From: Thermoplasmata archaeon
Lineage (GTDB): Archaea; Thermoplasmatota; Thermoplasmata; RBG-16-68-12; JAFNFQ01
DNA: 64,000 nt
Assembly: GCA_041489255.1 (NCBI GenBank)
Contig: JBGPQV010000001.1
Location: forward strand, 10,596-74,595
Direction: 5' to 3'
Shown here: one piece after another, positions 27,574-36,815 of the stretch
Layout of the letters: each line of letters starts with the position of its first letter
Position numbering within the stretch: position 1 is the first letter of the stretch
Program-made: the position numbers and the translations under genes
The notes under the pieces: model-generated
The model's input: only the letters and a program-made list of their open reading frames with translations
What the model was told of the DNA's origin: nothing
Databases searched by the model: none

Positions 27574-28374
27574 TCACTTCTTCTTGCCCTTGAGGCTCTT
27601 GAACAGGTCGAAGGCCTCCTTGGGAGTCGCCTTATCGTGGACTATCGACCTGACCGCCTTGATCATCGGAATCGGGTTGTCATTCTGCCAGATGTTGCGC
27701 CCCATGTCCACCCCGACCGCACCTTCGTGGATCGCGCTGTAGGTCATCTTGAAGGCGTCCATCTCCGTCTCGAGCTTCGGGCCGCCGGCGATGACCAACG
27801 GCACGGGGCAGCCTTCGACGACCTTGGTGAAGTTGTCGCAGTAGTAAGTCTTGACGACGTGCGCGCCGAGCTCGGCCGCTATCCTGCAGCTCAAAGCAAG
27901 GTATCGCGCATCCCGCTTCTCCAGTTCCTTGCCGACCGCGGTGACCGCGAGGACCGGCATCCCGACAGACTGCCCCTCCGTGACCATGTTAGAGAGGCTG
28001 AGCAGCGTCTGCCGCTCGTGAGGGGTGCCCACGAAGATCGACAGGGCGACCGCCGCGGCGTTCAGCCTCAGCGCCTCGACGATCGGGGTCGTGATGCCCT
28101 CGTTCGCCAGGTTCTCCCCGATGACGCTCGTGCCGCCGGAGACTCGGAGCACGATCGGCGTGCTCGTGTCGGCTCTTATGGAGGATCTGAGGACTCCGCG
28201 CGTGAGCATCACCGAGTCCGCATATGGCAAAAGTGGCTCGATCGTCTTGCGAGGGACCTCGAGCTTGCTGGTCGGACCGAGGAAGTATCCATGGTCCACC
28301 GCCAGCATCACCGTCCGTCCGTCAGGCTGAATTATCCTGGAAATCCTGTTCTTCATTCCCCAGTCCATTTCCAT
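27574..28374 (-). CDS. DhnA-type class I aldolase (FBP aldolase / ADH synthase / LsrF family)
   Basis: LAVDHG near the N-terminus, Schiff-base region HVVKTYY, and GRNIWQ near the C-terminus. 266 aa. Confidence 0.75.
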   Translation of the reverse strand: MEMDWGMKNRISRIIQPDGRTVMLAVDHGYFLGPTSKLEVPRKTIEPLLPYADSVMLTRGVLRSSIRADTSTPIVLRVSGGTSVIGENLANEGITTPIVEALRLNAAAVALSIFVGTPHERQTLLSLSNMVTEGQSVGMPVLAVTAVGKELEKRDARYLALSCRIAAELGAHVVKTYYCDNFTKVVEGCPVPLVIAGGPKLETEMDAFKMTYSAIHEGAVGVDMGRNIWQNDNPIPMIKAVRSIVHDKATPKEAFDLFKSLKGKKK

Positions 28375-28455
28375 CCGCCATCCTCTGTCGGCGCTTCATC
28401 CCACCTGAGGGTCGCACGATATTTGAATGTTGTTGGCTTCTAGCGCGCGCCGGAA

Positions 28456-28470
28456 CATGGTTAAATATCG
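28456..28470 (+). promoter_or_regulatory. BRE/TATA-like element, leaderless GTG start at 28489
   Basis: CATGGTTAAATATCG centred about 25 nt upstream of GTG 28489. Confidence 0.45.
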
Positions 28471-28488
28471 CCCTGCATTGACAACGAG

Positions 28489-28722
28489 GTGATTGTCACG
28501 GCGAAGAAATCCTACTCGACGAAGAACTTCGCGAAGCAGCAAGCGCGTTCAGCGAAGATGATGAAGAAGAAGGCGGCGGCATTGGAAAAGGCATCGAAGC
28601 TGAAGTCGAAGGCCGCGAAATTAAGGGCCAGGGCGTCGAAGATACGAGAAGATCTGAGGAAGGTCGAGGAGAAGGCGAGTCGCCTCGAGATGAAGGCGGC
28701 GCAGCTCGAAGGCCGCCACTGA
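28489..28722 (+). CDS. Small Lys/Ala-rich coiled-coil protein
   Basis: 77 aa of KKKAAALEKASKLKSKAAKLRARASK. Lies 4 nt upstream of mvk. Confidence 0.5.
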   Translation: MIVTAKKSYSTKNFAKQQARSAKMMKKKAAALEKASKLKSKAAKLRARASKIREDLRKVEEKASRLEMKAAQLEGRH

Positions 28723-28726
28723 CGCA

Positions 28727-29680
28727 ATGGTTAAATGGCCGCCTCAGGATTGTAGCGCGATGGCGGTGTGTTCCGCTCCTGGCAAGGTAATCCTTTTTGG
28801 AGAACACGCGGTCGTTTTCGGTGAGCCAGCGCTGGCGGTTGCCATCGACCTCAGGACGGAAGTCACAGTCGCTCCCGCAAGTGAATGGTCTGTAGATCGT
28901 GGGTCGGTTGACGACGCACACCACAAGTACGTCAGAATGGCGGTGGAGGCCTCCGGAACAAAGGGCCCCCTCCGCATAGCGATCAAGTCCGGAATCCCGG
29001 AGAGTTCAGGAATGGGATCCTCTGCGGCGGTGACCGTGGCGAGCTTGGGCGCCATGCATGCGGTCCGTGGCGGTGTCAAGCCCGAGATAGTGGCCAAGGA
29101 AGCCTTCGATGTGGAGCATTCGGTCCAGGGGCGGGCCAGCCCGATAGACACCAGCACCAGCACGCACGGCCATGCGGTGCTCGTCCTCAAGGAGAGGGGG
29201 ACTGATTTTCTATGGCGGATGCAGAGGGGAGACCGCCAATGGTATCTGCATCACCGCGACATTCCACCGATGACCTTTGTCGTTGGCCATACGGGCGTGG
29301 AAGCCGCCACCGGACCGCTTGTCGAGAAAGTGAAGGCGTTCTCCGACAGGAGCGCAGAGGCTCGCAAGATGATCGCCGACATCGGACAGATCACTCTCGA
29401 TGGCGCCGAGGCGATACGAGACAAGGATTGGGCGGCCGTCGGAAGCCTGATGGATCGGAATCACAAGCTCCTCAACGCCCTAGGAGTGGGCCATGATAAA
29501 CTTGACGAGCTCATAGCCGCCGCCAAGCCTTTCTCCTACGGCGCCAAGCTGACGGGAGCGGGAGGCGGCGGGAGCATGATCGCCCTCACCGACAAGCCAG
29601 ATGAGGTGGCGCGTGCAATCGAGGCTGCCAGAGGCAGGGCGTTCAAGGTATTGACCGGGCAGCGCGGAATGGAGGTCTAG
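28727..29680 (+). CDS. mvk: Mevalonate kinase (GHMP family)
   Basis: APGKVILFGEHAVV and GMGSSAAV motifs. The true start may be ATG 28760. Confidence 0.9.
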   Translation: MVKWPPQDCSAMAVCSAPGKVILFGEHAVVFGEPALAVAIDLRTEVTVAPASEWSVDRGSVDDAHHKYVRMAVEASGTKGPLRIAIKSGIPESSGMGSSAAVTVASLGAMHAVRGGVKPEIVAKEAFDVEHSVQGRASPIDTSTSTHGHAVLVLKERGTDFLWRMQRGDRQWYLHHRDIPPMTFVVGHTGVEAATGPLVEKVKAFSDRSAEARKMIADIGQITLDGAEAIRDKDWAAVGSLMDRNHKLLNALGVGHDKLDELIAAAKPFSYGAKLTGAGGGGSMIALTDKPDEVARAIEAARGRAFKVLTGQRGMEV

Positions 29681-29685
29681 ATCCG

Positions 29686-31008
29686 ATGAGGCTGGCGCAC
29701 AAGATACTCAGCCCTAGAGAGGAGGCTGAATTGCCGCCGCGTCCCGTGGTCAAGAAAAGGGGGCTCCTCCTTGTTAACGCAGGTGAAATCGCCACGATGG
29801 CGGGACACGACAGACCGCGCCGCGGCGAGCAGATGAAGGATCTCGCCCTCATCCCCGAGGGAGCGATATATGCATTGCAGGGAAAGATCGTCGAAGTCGG
29901 TGATTCAAGGACACTCGAAAGGAAGTACTCCGGTTCATCGACCGTCATCGACGCTGAAGGGGATATCGTAGTTCCGGGCTTCGTGGACCCTCACACGCAC
30001 CTAGTGTTCGCCGGGTCCCGGGAGAATGAGCTGGAGCTGAAGCTCAAGGGAGCCACCTACCAAGAAATCGCGGCATCTGGCGGCGGTCTGCTGAGCACGG
30101 TCGCCAAGACCAGAGCCGCCACAACAGAACAGCTCATCAGCGAGGCCTCATCGAGGCTTAGCGGAATGCTGGAGGAGGGCACGACGACCGCCGAGGCCAA
30201 GAGCGGGTATGCCCTCGATTCCAACGGAGAACTGAAAATCCTCGCTGCGACAGAGACCCTGAGCGAGCGGCAACCGGTACATCTCGTCCCGACATTCCTG
30301 GGCGCGCATGCTGTCCCGCCAGAGTTCGAAGGGAAGGCAGACGCCTATGTCGACCTGCTGGTCAATGAGATGCTGCAGCTTGTCGCGCGCAGGACGGCTG
30401 CGAGGTTCTGCGACGTCTGGGTGGAACAGGGATACTTCAGCGTCGAGCAGGCAAGGCGGCTGTTGCTCCAGGCGAAACTTCTGGGGCTGACCCCGAAAGT
30501 CCACGCGGATGAGCTCACCGCGTGCGGCGGCGCTGAACTTGCGGGAGAGATGGAGGCTGCATCGGCGGACCATCTCATCCACGTATCAGATGGCGGTCTG
30601 GAGGCGATGAAGAATGCAGGCACCGTCGCCGTGCTCCTTCCGGCTGCCTCGATGTCCTCAAGGCTCCCCTATGCCGATGCGAGGAAGATCATCGCCGCAG
30701 GCGTGCCAGTTGCGGTGGGCACCGACCTCAATCCCGGCTGTTGGGTCGAGAGCATGCAGTTCGTCGTCTCCTTGGCGGTGCATCAGCTGAGGATGACTCC
30801 CGCCGAGGCGGTGACCGCGGCGACGATCAATGCGGCGCATGCCATAGGTCTCGCCAGGGAGGTGGGAAGCATCGAGCCAGGGAAGAGCGCGGACTTCGTC
30901 GTCCTGGACACAGACAAACTTGGCCAAATCGGATACAGGTTCGGGAGGAACATGGCCGAGGTTGTCGTGAAAGCGGGCAATGTCATCGTCGACAGGCGGG
31001 CTCGCTAG
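29686..31008 (+). CDS. hutI: Imidazolonepropionase-like amidohydrolase
   Basis: DPHTHLVFAG, GGGLLSTV, KVHADE and VGTDLNPG motifs. Confidence 0.8.
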   Translation: MRLAHKILSPREEAELPPRPVVKKRGLLLVNAGEIATMAGHDRPRRGEQMKDLALIPEGAIYALQGKIVEVGDSRTLERKYSGSSTVIDAEGDIVVPGFVDPHTHLVFAGSRENELELKLKGATYQEIAASGGGLLSTVAKTRAATTEQLISEASSRLSGMLEEGTTTAEAKSGYALDSNGELKILAATETLSERQPVHLVPTFLGAHAVPPEFEGKADAYVDLLVNEMLQLVARRTAARFCDVWVEQGYFSVEQARRLLLQAKLLGLTPKVHADELTACGGAELAGEMEAASADHLIHVSDGGLEAMKNAGTVAVLLPAASMSSRLPYADARKIIAAGVPVAVGTDLNPGCWVESMQFVVSLAVHQLRMTPAEAVTAATINAAHAIGLAREVGSIEPGKSADFVVLDTDKLGQIGYRFGRNMAEVVVKAGNVIVDRRAR

Positions 31009-31049
31009 CTATTTTATGCCCCCTGGCATGTACCCTGCATCGAGAAAGA

Positions 31050-32333
31050 TTGACCGAGAAGATACTGGCGCTCTCCATACTTCTACTGGTCTATGTGCTG
31101 ATCCTTTCAAAGAGGGTCCACAGGACGACCGCCGTCCTCCTTGGCGCCATCCTTGTGGTGGGCCTCAGGCTCCTTGACGAGCGCGGGATCATTGAGGCGA
31201 TACAGTGGGAGGCATTGGGCCTGATATTTGGGATGTTCGTCATCGTAGCGGCCCTAACCAAGAGCGGTTTCTTCAGGTGGGTGGGCCTGCACGCGCTGAA
31301 GTGGAGCCGCTTCCGGCCCTTCAGGATCCTCGTGGCCTTCTCCGCCCTGTCCGCCATCCTTGCCGCCTTCATGGACAGCATCACTGTCATGGTCTTCATG
31401 GCCTCGCTGACAGTCGAGGTGTGCGGCATCCTGAAGCTCCACCCCGGCCCTTTCCTCATCGCCGAGATCACTTCTGCGAATATCGGCGGACTCTCGACGA
31501 TGGTCGGCGACCCACCGAACATCATCCTTGGGACCAGTTTCGGGTTCTCTTTCATGGACTTCGTCGCGAACACCGGCGTCATCGCCGTCATCGCGTTCTT
31601 CGTTAACCTGGGGGTCTTGGGCTTCATGCTGAAGCGCCGTGGCGAGGTCCGGATGCAGGTGGACGCGGAAACACTGGAGAAGGAGCACGCCGAGCTTGAG
31701 CCCTCGTCCGCAATCTTGGACATGAGGCTAATGCGAATCTCGTTGATGATCTTCGCATTCACCGTCACGCTCCTAATCCTGCATCACGTGCTCGACATCC
31801 TCATCGCCTTCGTGGCGGTCCTCGGCGCCACGCTCGTCCTCATGCTTGGCGGGAAAGACATGCCTGAACTCGTCGAGAAGATCGACTGGCACACACTGCT
31901 GTTCTTGGCGGGGCTCTTCGTCGTGGTAGGAGCGCTGGATAAGAGCGGCGCTCTCGCGGATGTTGCGGCGGGAATGGCGTGGATTGGCGGGAACAACTTG
32001 GCGTTACTCCTGACCGTCATCCTCTGGGTCTCCATCCCGCTGTCGATGTTTCTAGACAACGTGCCTTTCGCCGCCGCCATGGTGCCGGTTCTGAGGGGGC
32101 TTGCCGCAGACGGGGTTGCCCCGCTTGCCCCGATGACCTGGACCGTCGCCGTAGCAGCTGACATCGGAGGGAACGCGACGCCAATCGGCGCCTCCGCCAA
32201 CGTTGTCGGCCTGGCGATCGCCGAGAAGCACGGTATTCACATCGGGTGGCGGGAGTACATGCGGTTGGCCCTTCCCGCCATGCTCCTCTCAATCCTCGCC
32301 GCCAACATCGTGCTCGTGATCATCCATCACTAG
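31050..32333 (+). CDS. ArsB/NhaD-superfamily anion permease
   Basis: Polytopic membrane protein with MVGDPPNI and GGNATPIGASAN hairpin motifs. TTG start inferred, because the upstream part of the ORF overlaps hutI. Confidence 0.7.
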   Translation: MTEKILALSILLLVYVLILSKRVHRTTAVLLGAILVVGLRLLDERGIIEAIQWEALGLIFGMFVIVAALTKSGFFRWVGLHALKWSRFRPFRILVAFSALSAILAAFMDSITVMVFMASLTVEVCGILKLHPGPFLIAEITSANIGGLSTMVGDPPNIILGTSFGFSFMDFVANTGVIAVIAFFVNLGVLGFMLKRRGEVRMQVDAETLEKEHAELEPSSAILDMRLMRISLMIFAFTVTLLILHHVLDILIAFVAVLGATLVLMLGGKDMPELVEKIDWHTLLFLAGLFVVVGALDKSGALADVAAGMAWIGGNNLALLLTVILWVSIPLSMFLDNVPFAAAMVPVLRGLAADGVAPLAPMTWTVAVAADIGGNATPIGASANVVGLAIAEKHGIHIGWREYMRLALPAMLLSILAANIVLVIIHH

Positions 32334-32444
32334 GTTGTCGCCATCATCACCTTTTGCCCTGCCTCCGCGACCAGTGAAAGCAGCAGCATGGATACAAGAG
32401 CCAGCGGAATGAGGGATGGTGTCCGTTTCATTCTGGACGTCATC

Positions 32445-33515
32445 TCACGACAAAGTCACGTCGCGGAGGACCATCTGAGACTTGACCTTGACGCCGTCCC
32501 CTATGACGCAGTTGACGAGCCCCGCCCCGTCCATGACTTCGCATCCGCTCCCGATGACGCTGCCCGAGACCTCGGTCCCCTTCCCCGTCACCGAGAAATC
32601 CATGATGAGTGAGTCCTCTATCGACGCGCCTTGGCCGACCGAGACGCCGTCGTGGAGGCATGACCTCCTCACGACCGCCTCGTCGCCTATCTTGACGTCC
32701 CGGCCGAAGTAGCACGGCCCTTCTATCGTCACACCTTCGCCCGCGCCCACAGGCCCTCGCGCCAGGATCCGCCCCGAGGCATTGAGCCCCGGGATCGAAT
32801 TCTCCTTCCCCCTGCGGTTGACCATCTCGATGTTCGCCCTCATGAGATCCGCCGGGCGGCCTATGTCCATCCAAACGCCTTTGATCTGCATTCCGTATAG
32901 AGGAATCCTGTTGGAGAGGAGCTTGGGGAAGAGATTCTTGGAGAAATCGAACATCTCACCCTCGGGGATGAACTCCACCACCCTTTTCTCGAGCACGTAT
33001 ATGCCGGCGTTGACGAGCCTGGAGAACGCCTCCTCCCTCTTCGGCTTCTCCTGGAACCTCTGTATCCTCCCTTTCTCGTTGATCGCCGCAATGCCATACT
33101 GCGAAGGATCGTCAACCTCTGTGAGGGCGATGGTCACCGCCGCTTTCCTTTCCTTGTGGAACTCCACCAGCGACCCTATGTCGACGTCCGCCACTATGTC
33201 GCCCATCGCCACGACGAACGTGCCGTCGATGAACTCCTCGACCCTCTTGACCGCCCCGGCGGTCCCCGCCGGCGTCTCCTCGAAAGAATAGACTATGGAT
33301 GCATCGTATTCCAGCCCGTCCCCTATCGACTTTATAAGCTTGTCTGAGAGGTGGTGAGTCGCGATGATTATCTTCTTGATGCCCGCCTCGACGAGCGACC
33401 TGAGCACATAGTCGATGCACGGTCTGTCAGCGACCGGCATCAATGGCTTCGGCCTGGTGCTGGTCAGGGGCCTGAGGCGCGTACCCTCGCCCCCCGCCAG
33501 GACGATAGCCTTCAT
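32445..33515 (-). CDS. Sugar-1-phosphate nucleotidyltransferase with C-terminal left-handed beta-helix
   Basis: LAGGEGTRLRPLT signature and a hexapeptide-repeat tail. Its start overlaps the upstream stop (ATGA). Confidence 0.85.
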   Translation of the reverse strand: MKAIVLAGGEGTRLRPLTSTRPKPLMPVADRPCIDYVLRSLVEAGIKKIIIATHHLSDKLIKSIGDGLEYDASIVYSFEETPAGTAGAVKRVEEFIDGTFVVAMGDIVADVDIGSLVEFHKERKAAVTIALTEVDDPSQYGIAAINEKGRIQRFQEKPKREEAFSRLVNAGIYVLEKRVVEFIPEGEMFDFSKNLFPKLLSNRIPLYGMQIKGVWMDIGRPADLMRANIEMVNRRGKENSIPGLNASGRILARGPVGAGEGVTIEGPCYFGRDVKIGDEAVVRRSCLHDGVSVGQGASIEDSLIMDFSVTGKGTEVSGSVIGSGCEVMDGAGLVNCVIGDGVKVKSQMVLRDVTLS

Positions 33516-34384
33516 CCCTTCAGCTCCACCTTCCCATGCTTGAGCAACCGCTGCAGCTGCTCGTCGGCGACCTCGTCGAGTTTCTTCTTGTCGGTGAGGG
33601 CCTTCCTGACCGATAGGTTCTGCTGGCGGATGATGTCCTTCGCCTCCCGCCTCTCGCGCCTCTCGTCCTCCTTCGTCTTGAGGACGGTCCTGCGCATCTC
33701 CTGCGCCCGCTCATGGTAGGCGTTCGCCTTCTCCCTGAGCTCCAGGAAATCCTTGTGCTTCTTGTCCGCCTCGGCGGTGAGAGTCGCGATCGCGCTGAAC
33801 GCCTTGACGACCTTCTCGTGCATCTCCTGCGCCTTATTGGAAAGCTCGACCACCAGCTTGTGCTCCTCGTCCGCGGTCTTGAACAGGTCGTCTATCTGCT
33901 CGTTGATCTCGCCGACGTTCCTGGACGTCTTGACGTTCTCGTCCTCTATCTTCTCCAGGTCCTTGAGCTCGTGGTATGTCTTGCGGATGTCGTCGATTAG
34001 GGCGTTCTCCTTCGCAATCGTCAGGGGCGTGGTCTGCTGCTTCATCTCCATTTCATCGAAGTTCCTGCGCAGCTGCCTGAGGTCGTCCACAATCATGACG
34101 TTCACTTTGCCCCTCATCTTCCTCTTGAGCTCGATGAGGTCGCTTGCCTGGTTGTGCAGCGAGTTCCTCTTCTGCTTGTGGACGCGCATCTCCTTGACGA
34201 ACGAGTCTCTCTTCCCCTTGAAATCCCTCATCTTGTCGGCGGTTTCCCGCCTCTGATCATGGAGGAGGTCCCTCTCCTGGCGTATCGCGTTGGCCTCCTC
34301 GTTGAGCTGGTCTCTCTTGTCGAGCAGCGAACTGAGCTTGACCTCCGCCTTCTCCAGCTCATTTGGTGTCTTCTTTCTAGGCAT
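33512..34384 (-). CDS. Archaeal coiled-coil protein (COG1340-like), paralog of 5534..6403
   Basis: 290 aa with the same length and heptad-rich pattern (KRDxLNEEA...HxxKRD...). Confidence 0.7.
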   Translation of the reverse strand: MPRKKTPNELEKAEVKLSSLLDKRDQLNEEANAIRQERDLLHDQRRETADKMRDFKGKRDSFVKEMRVHKQKRNSLHNQASDLIELKRKMRGKVNVMIVDDLRQLRRNFDEMEMKQQTTPLTIAKENALIDDIRKTYHELKDLEKIEDENVKTSRNVGEINEQIDDLFKTADEEHKLVVELSNKAQEMHEKVVKAFSAIATLTAEADKKHKDFLELREKANAYHERAQEMRRTVLKTKEDERRERREAKDIIRQQNLSVRKALTDKKKLDEVADEQLQRLLKHGKVELKG

Positions 34385-34487
34385 CCAGAATGCCCTCGGG
34401 TCGGTGAGGTTCTGATGAAGTGGTGGGGAATTAAGCTTTCGCTACGGGTATCGCCTCGAAATCGCGTAAAAAGCCCCCTTTCGACCC

Positions 34488-35312
34488 CTAAACGGGCTCG
34501 GTCCCTTGCGCGGTCCAGAGTTCATCCGCCAGCTTTCCCATCTGCTCCGGCTCCAGCTCTTCCGGCCTCATTCCCCCGAATCCCGAGGATTCTACCGCCT
34601 TCTTCACCGCTTCCCTGCTTGCGGCAAACTCCCGCCAATTCAGCAAGAGACTGTTCTCGATGGTCTTCCGGCGATGCTGGAACATGCGGTCCACCATGTT
34701 CGAGAATAATCCCTCATCCCTGACCTTGAACGGAGGCTTCCTTGGCCTCAATGACAATATGGACGAGTCAACCTCCGGCGGGGGATAGAAAGCAGAACGG
34801 GGCACTCTCTCAATCACCTCGGCCAGGGCCCGATAATACACATGGACCGACAATCGAGAGTAGCCCTCCCCACCCCTCTTCGCGACCATCCTGTCGGCGA
34901 ACTCCTTCTGGAACATGAGCACGGCCCGGTCGAACTTGTTCTCCAGCAACCTGAACGTGATCGGCGAGGAAATCTGGTAGGGAAGGTTCGAGATGACGAC
35001 ATCGAATTGCGGAAGGTCGACTTTGAGAGCGTCTCCTTCAATGATGCGCACGTCAGGGACTTCCCTCTCCAGAAATCGACAGAATCGCCGATCCTTCTCG
35101 ATGGCAATCACATTCCGCGATCTCTCGGAGAGGATGCGTGTGAGCACTCCTAGGCCGGGCCCTATCTCCAAGACCCGTTCATTCCGCCGAATCGCCGCGA
35201 ACTCCACCTGCCTGTGCGCGACCCTTTCATCAACGAGGAAGTGCTGTCCGAACCTCTTGTCAGCCCTCACCCCGAGCGAGCGAAGGACATCGCGCACCTC
35301 CGACGCGTTCAT
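34488..35312 (-). CDS. ksgA: 16S rRNA (adenine-N6,N6)-dimethyltransferase
   Basis: FGQHFL, VLEIGPGLGVLT SAM motif and NLPYQISSP. Confidence 0.92.
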   Translation of the reverse strand: MNASEVRDVLRSLGVRADKRFGQHFLVDERVAHRQVEFAAIRRNERVLEIGPGLGVLTRILSERSRNVIAIEKDRRFCRFLEREVPDVRIIEGDALKVDLPQFDVVISNLPYQISSPITFRLLENKFDRAVLMFQKEFADRMVAKRGGEGYSRLSVHVYYRALAEVIERVPRSAFYPPPEVDSSILSLRPRKPPFKVRDEGLFSNMVDRMFQHRRKTIENSLLLNWREFAASREAVKKAVESSGFGGMRPEELEPEQMGKLADELWTAQGTEPV

Positions 35313-35350
35313 CGCCGCACAATCCTATCAGTGGCTTAACTCTTCTCGCC

Positions 35351-35364
35351 AAGCTTTTATATCC
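35351..35364 (+). promoter_or_regulatory. BRE/TATA-like element, leaderless GTG start at 35383
   Basis: AAGCTTTTATATCC centred about 25 nt upstream of GTG 35383. Confidence 0.45.
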
Positions 35365-35382
35365 GCCAACGAATCAAGCCGT

Positions 35383-35685
35383 GTGCCAATCGATTTGGCG
35401 AGCCTAGCTCTCGACCAGACGAGCGACGCGGGCCCATTCACATGCGTCGTCATCATTTCAGTGGTTGGGCTGATACTCCTCCTTCTCCTCGCAATGTATG
35501 CTTATCAGAAATATGTCGCCAGCAAGAGACCGATACAGCATCTATGCGACTATTGTGGGCACATGGTCAATGTCGTCTCCGACTGCCATCACGCCCCGGT
35601 CAAGGAGAAATTCCTCCATGGCATCTGCCGGGACTGCAAGAAGGAGTGTCGCCTGGTCTGTGCAAGATGCAAGAGACCGGTCTAA
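35383..35685 (+). CDS. Small membrane-anchored zinc-ribbon protein
   Basis: One TM helix (VVIISVVGLILLLLLAMYAY), then CDYC...C.H...C.DC...C...CARC. Non-ATG start inferred, because the upstream part of the ORF overlaps ksgA on the opposite strand. Confidence 0.55.
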   Translation: MPIDLASLALDQTSDAGPFTCVVIISVVGLILLLLLAMYAYQKYVASKRPIQHLCDYCGHMVNVVSDCHHAPVKEKFLHGICRDCKKECRLVCARCKRPV

Positions 35686-35744
35686 AGACTCCTCAGTGCG
35701 GGAAGGACAGGCTCAAATACGCCGGCGGGAATCGATTGGCTCCA

Positions 35745-36815
35745 ATGGCGGTGCATGACAGACCGTACGGCTCATTCTACATCGGCAGGCTGCCGAAAGG
35801 TTGTGCACAGTGCGAGAAAGGCGGCAAGATGGTCCTCTTCACCACTGGACTCTGCCCTTTCAGCTGCTACTACTGCCCAATTTCCTTGGAGAAGAAGGGC
35901 AAAGATGTGGTTTTTGCCGACGAAATGCGCGTGAGGCGGGAGGCGGACATACTCGAAGAGGCCGAGGCAATCAGCGCCACCGGGGCGGGAATAACCGGCG
36001 GGGATCCTCTTGCCGTTATTGACCGCACATCGAGATACGTGCGCCTGCTGAAGAGAGAGTTCGGCGACAAGTTCCACATCCACCTATACACCATGGGGAC
36101 GGATCTGAAGAAGATAGCCAGACTCAGCAAGGCTGGCCTGGATGAGATTCGGTTCCACCCGCCATCGCGGCTCTGGAACCGCATGGGAAGAAGCGGGTAT
36201 CCAGCCGCCACCGCCGCCGGCCGCGACAACGGCATGCATGTCGGCTTGGAGGTCCCGCTCATCCCGGACATGCGCCCCGAGGTCGTCGCGCTGATCGGAT
36301 GGGCGGAGGTGAACGACCTCGACTTCGTGAACCTTAACGAGATGGAATTCTCCGACACGAATCGAGGACGACTCAGAGCGAAGGGATACAGAGTCGGGCG
36401 GGGGAAATCATATGGAGTCGCAGGCAGCGATTGCGCAGCCAGAGACATCCTCTCGCGCAATTAGGACATCACGGTCCATTATTGCACCTCGGCCTACAAG
36501 GACGGCTGGCAGCTCAGGGAGCGCATCAAGAGGAGAGCGAGGAATGTCAGTCAGCCATGGGACGTCGTGACGAAGGATGGGACGCTCGTCAAGGGCGTCA
36601 TCGAATCAGGCGACCTGAAAAAAGTCATGCGCGATTTGCTGCGGACCTACAGCGTCCCTCGAGGGCTAATCTGGCTCAACCGGGAAAGACACCGCCTCGA
36701 AATCGCCCCCTGGATCTTGGAAGAGCTCGCGAGCAGTCTAGAAATGGAAGCCCACATCATCGAGGAGTATCCGACTGCCGACCATCTCGAGGTGGAGAGG
36801 CAAAGGCTCGCCTAG
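35745..36815 (+). pseudogene. Radical SAM protein (PFL-activase-related, COG2108-like) interrupted by one in-frame TAG at 36462..36464
   Basis: CPFSCYYCP (CX3CX2C) cluster. ORFs 35442..36464 and 36567..36815 share a frame, and the 34 codons between them are stop-free with coding-like G/C third positions. Confidence 0.6.

Noticed and set aside
30741-31049. N-terminal 103 codons of ORF 30741..32333 (permease)
   Set aside because: This part overlaps the 3' end of the hutI-like gene in another frame and is Arg/Gly-rich. The hydrophobic permease sequence begins only after the hutI stop, so a TTG start at 31050 was chosen.
36462-36464. Pyrrolysine decoding of the in-frame TAG in the radical-SAM gene
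   Set aside because: TAG terminates a large share of the well-supported genes in this window (metK, panE, arcS, mvk, hutI-like, ef1b, trxA and others). No pyl genes are visible. A pseudogene or sequencing error is more parsimonious.
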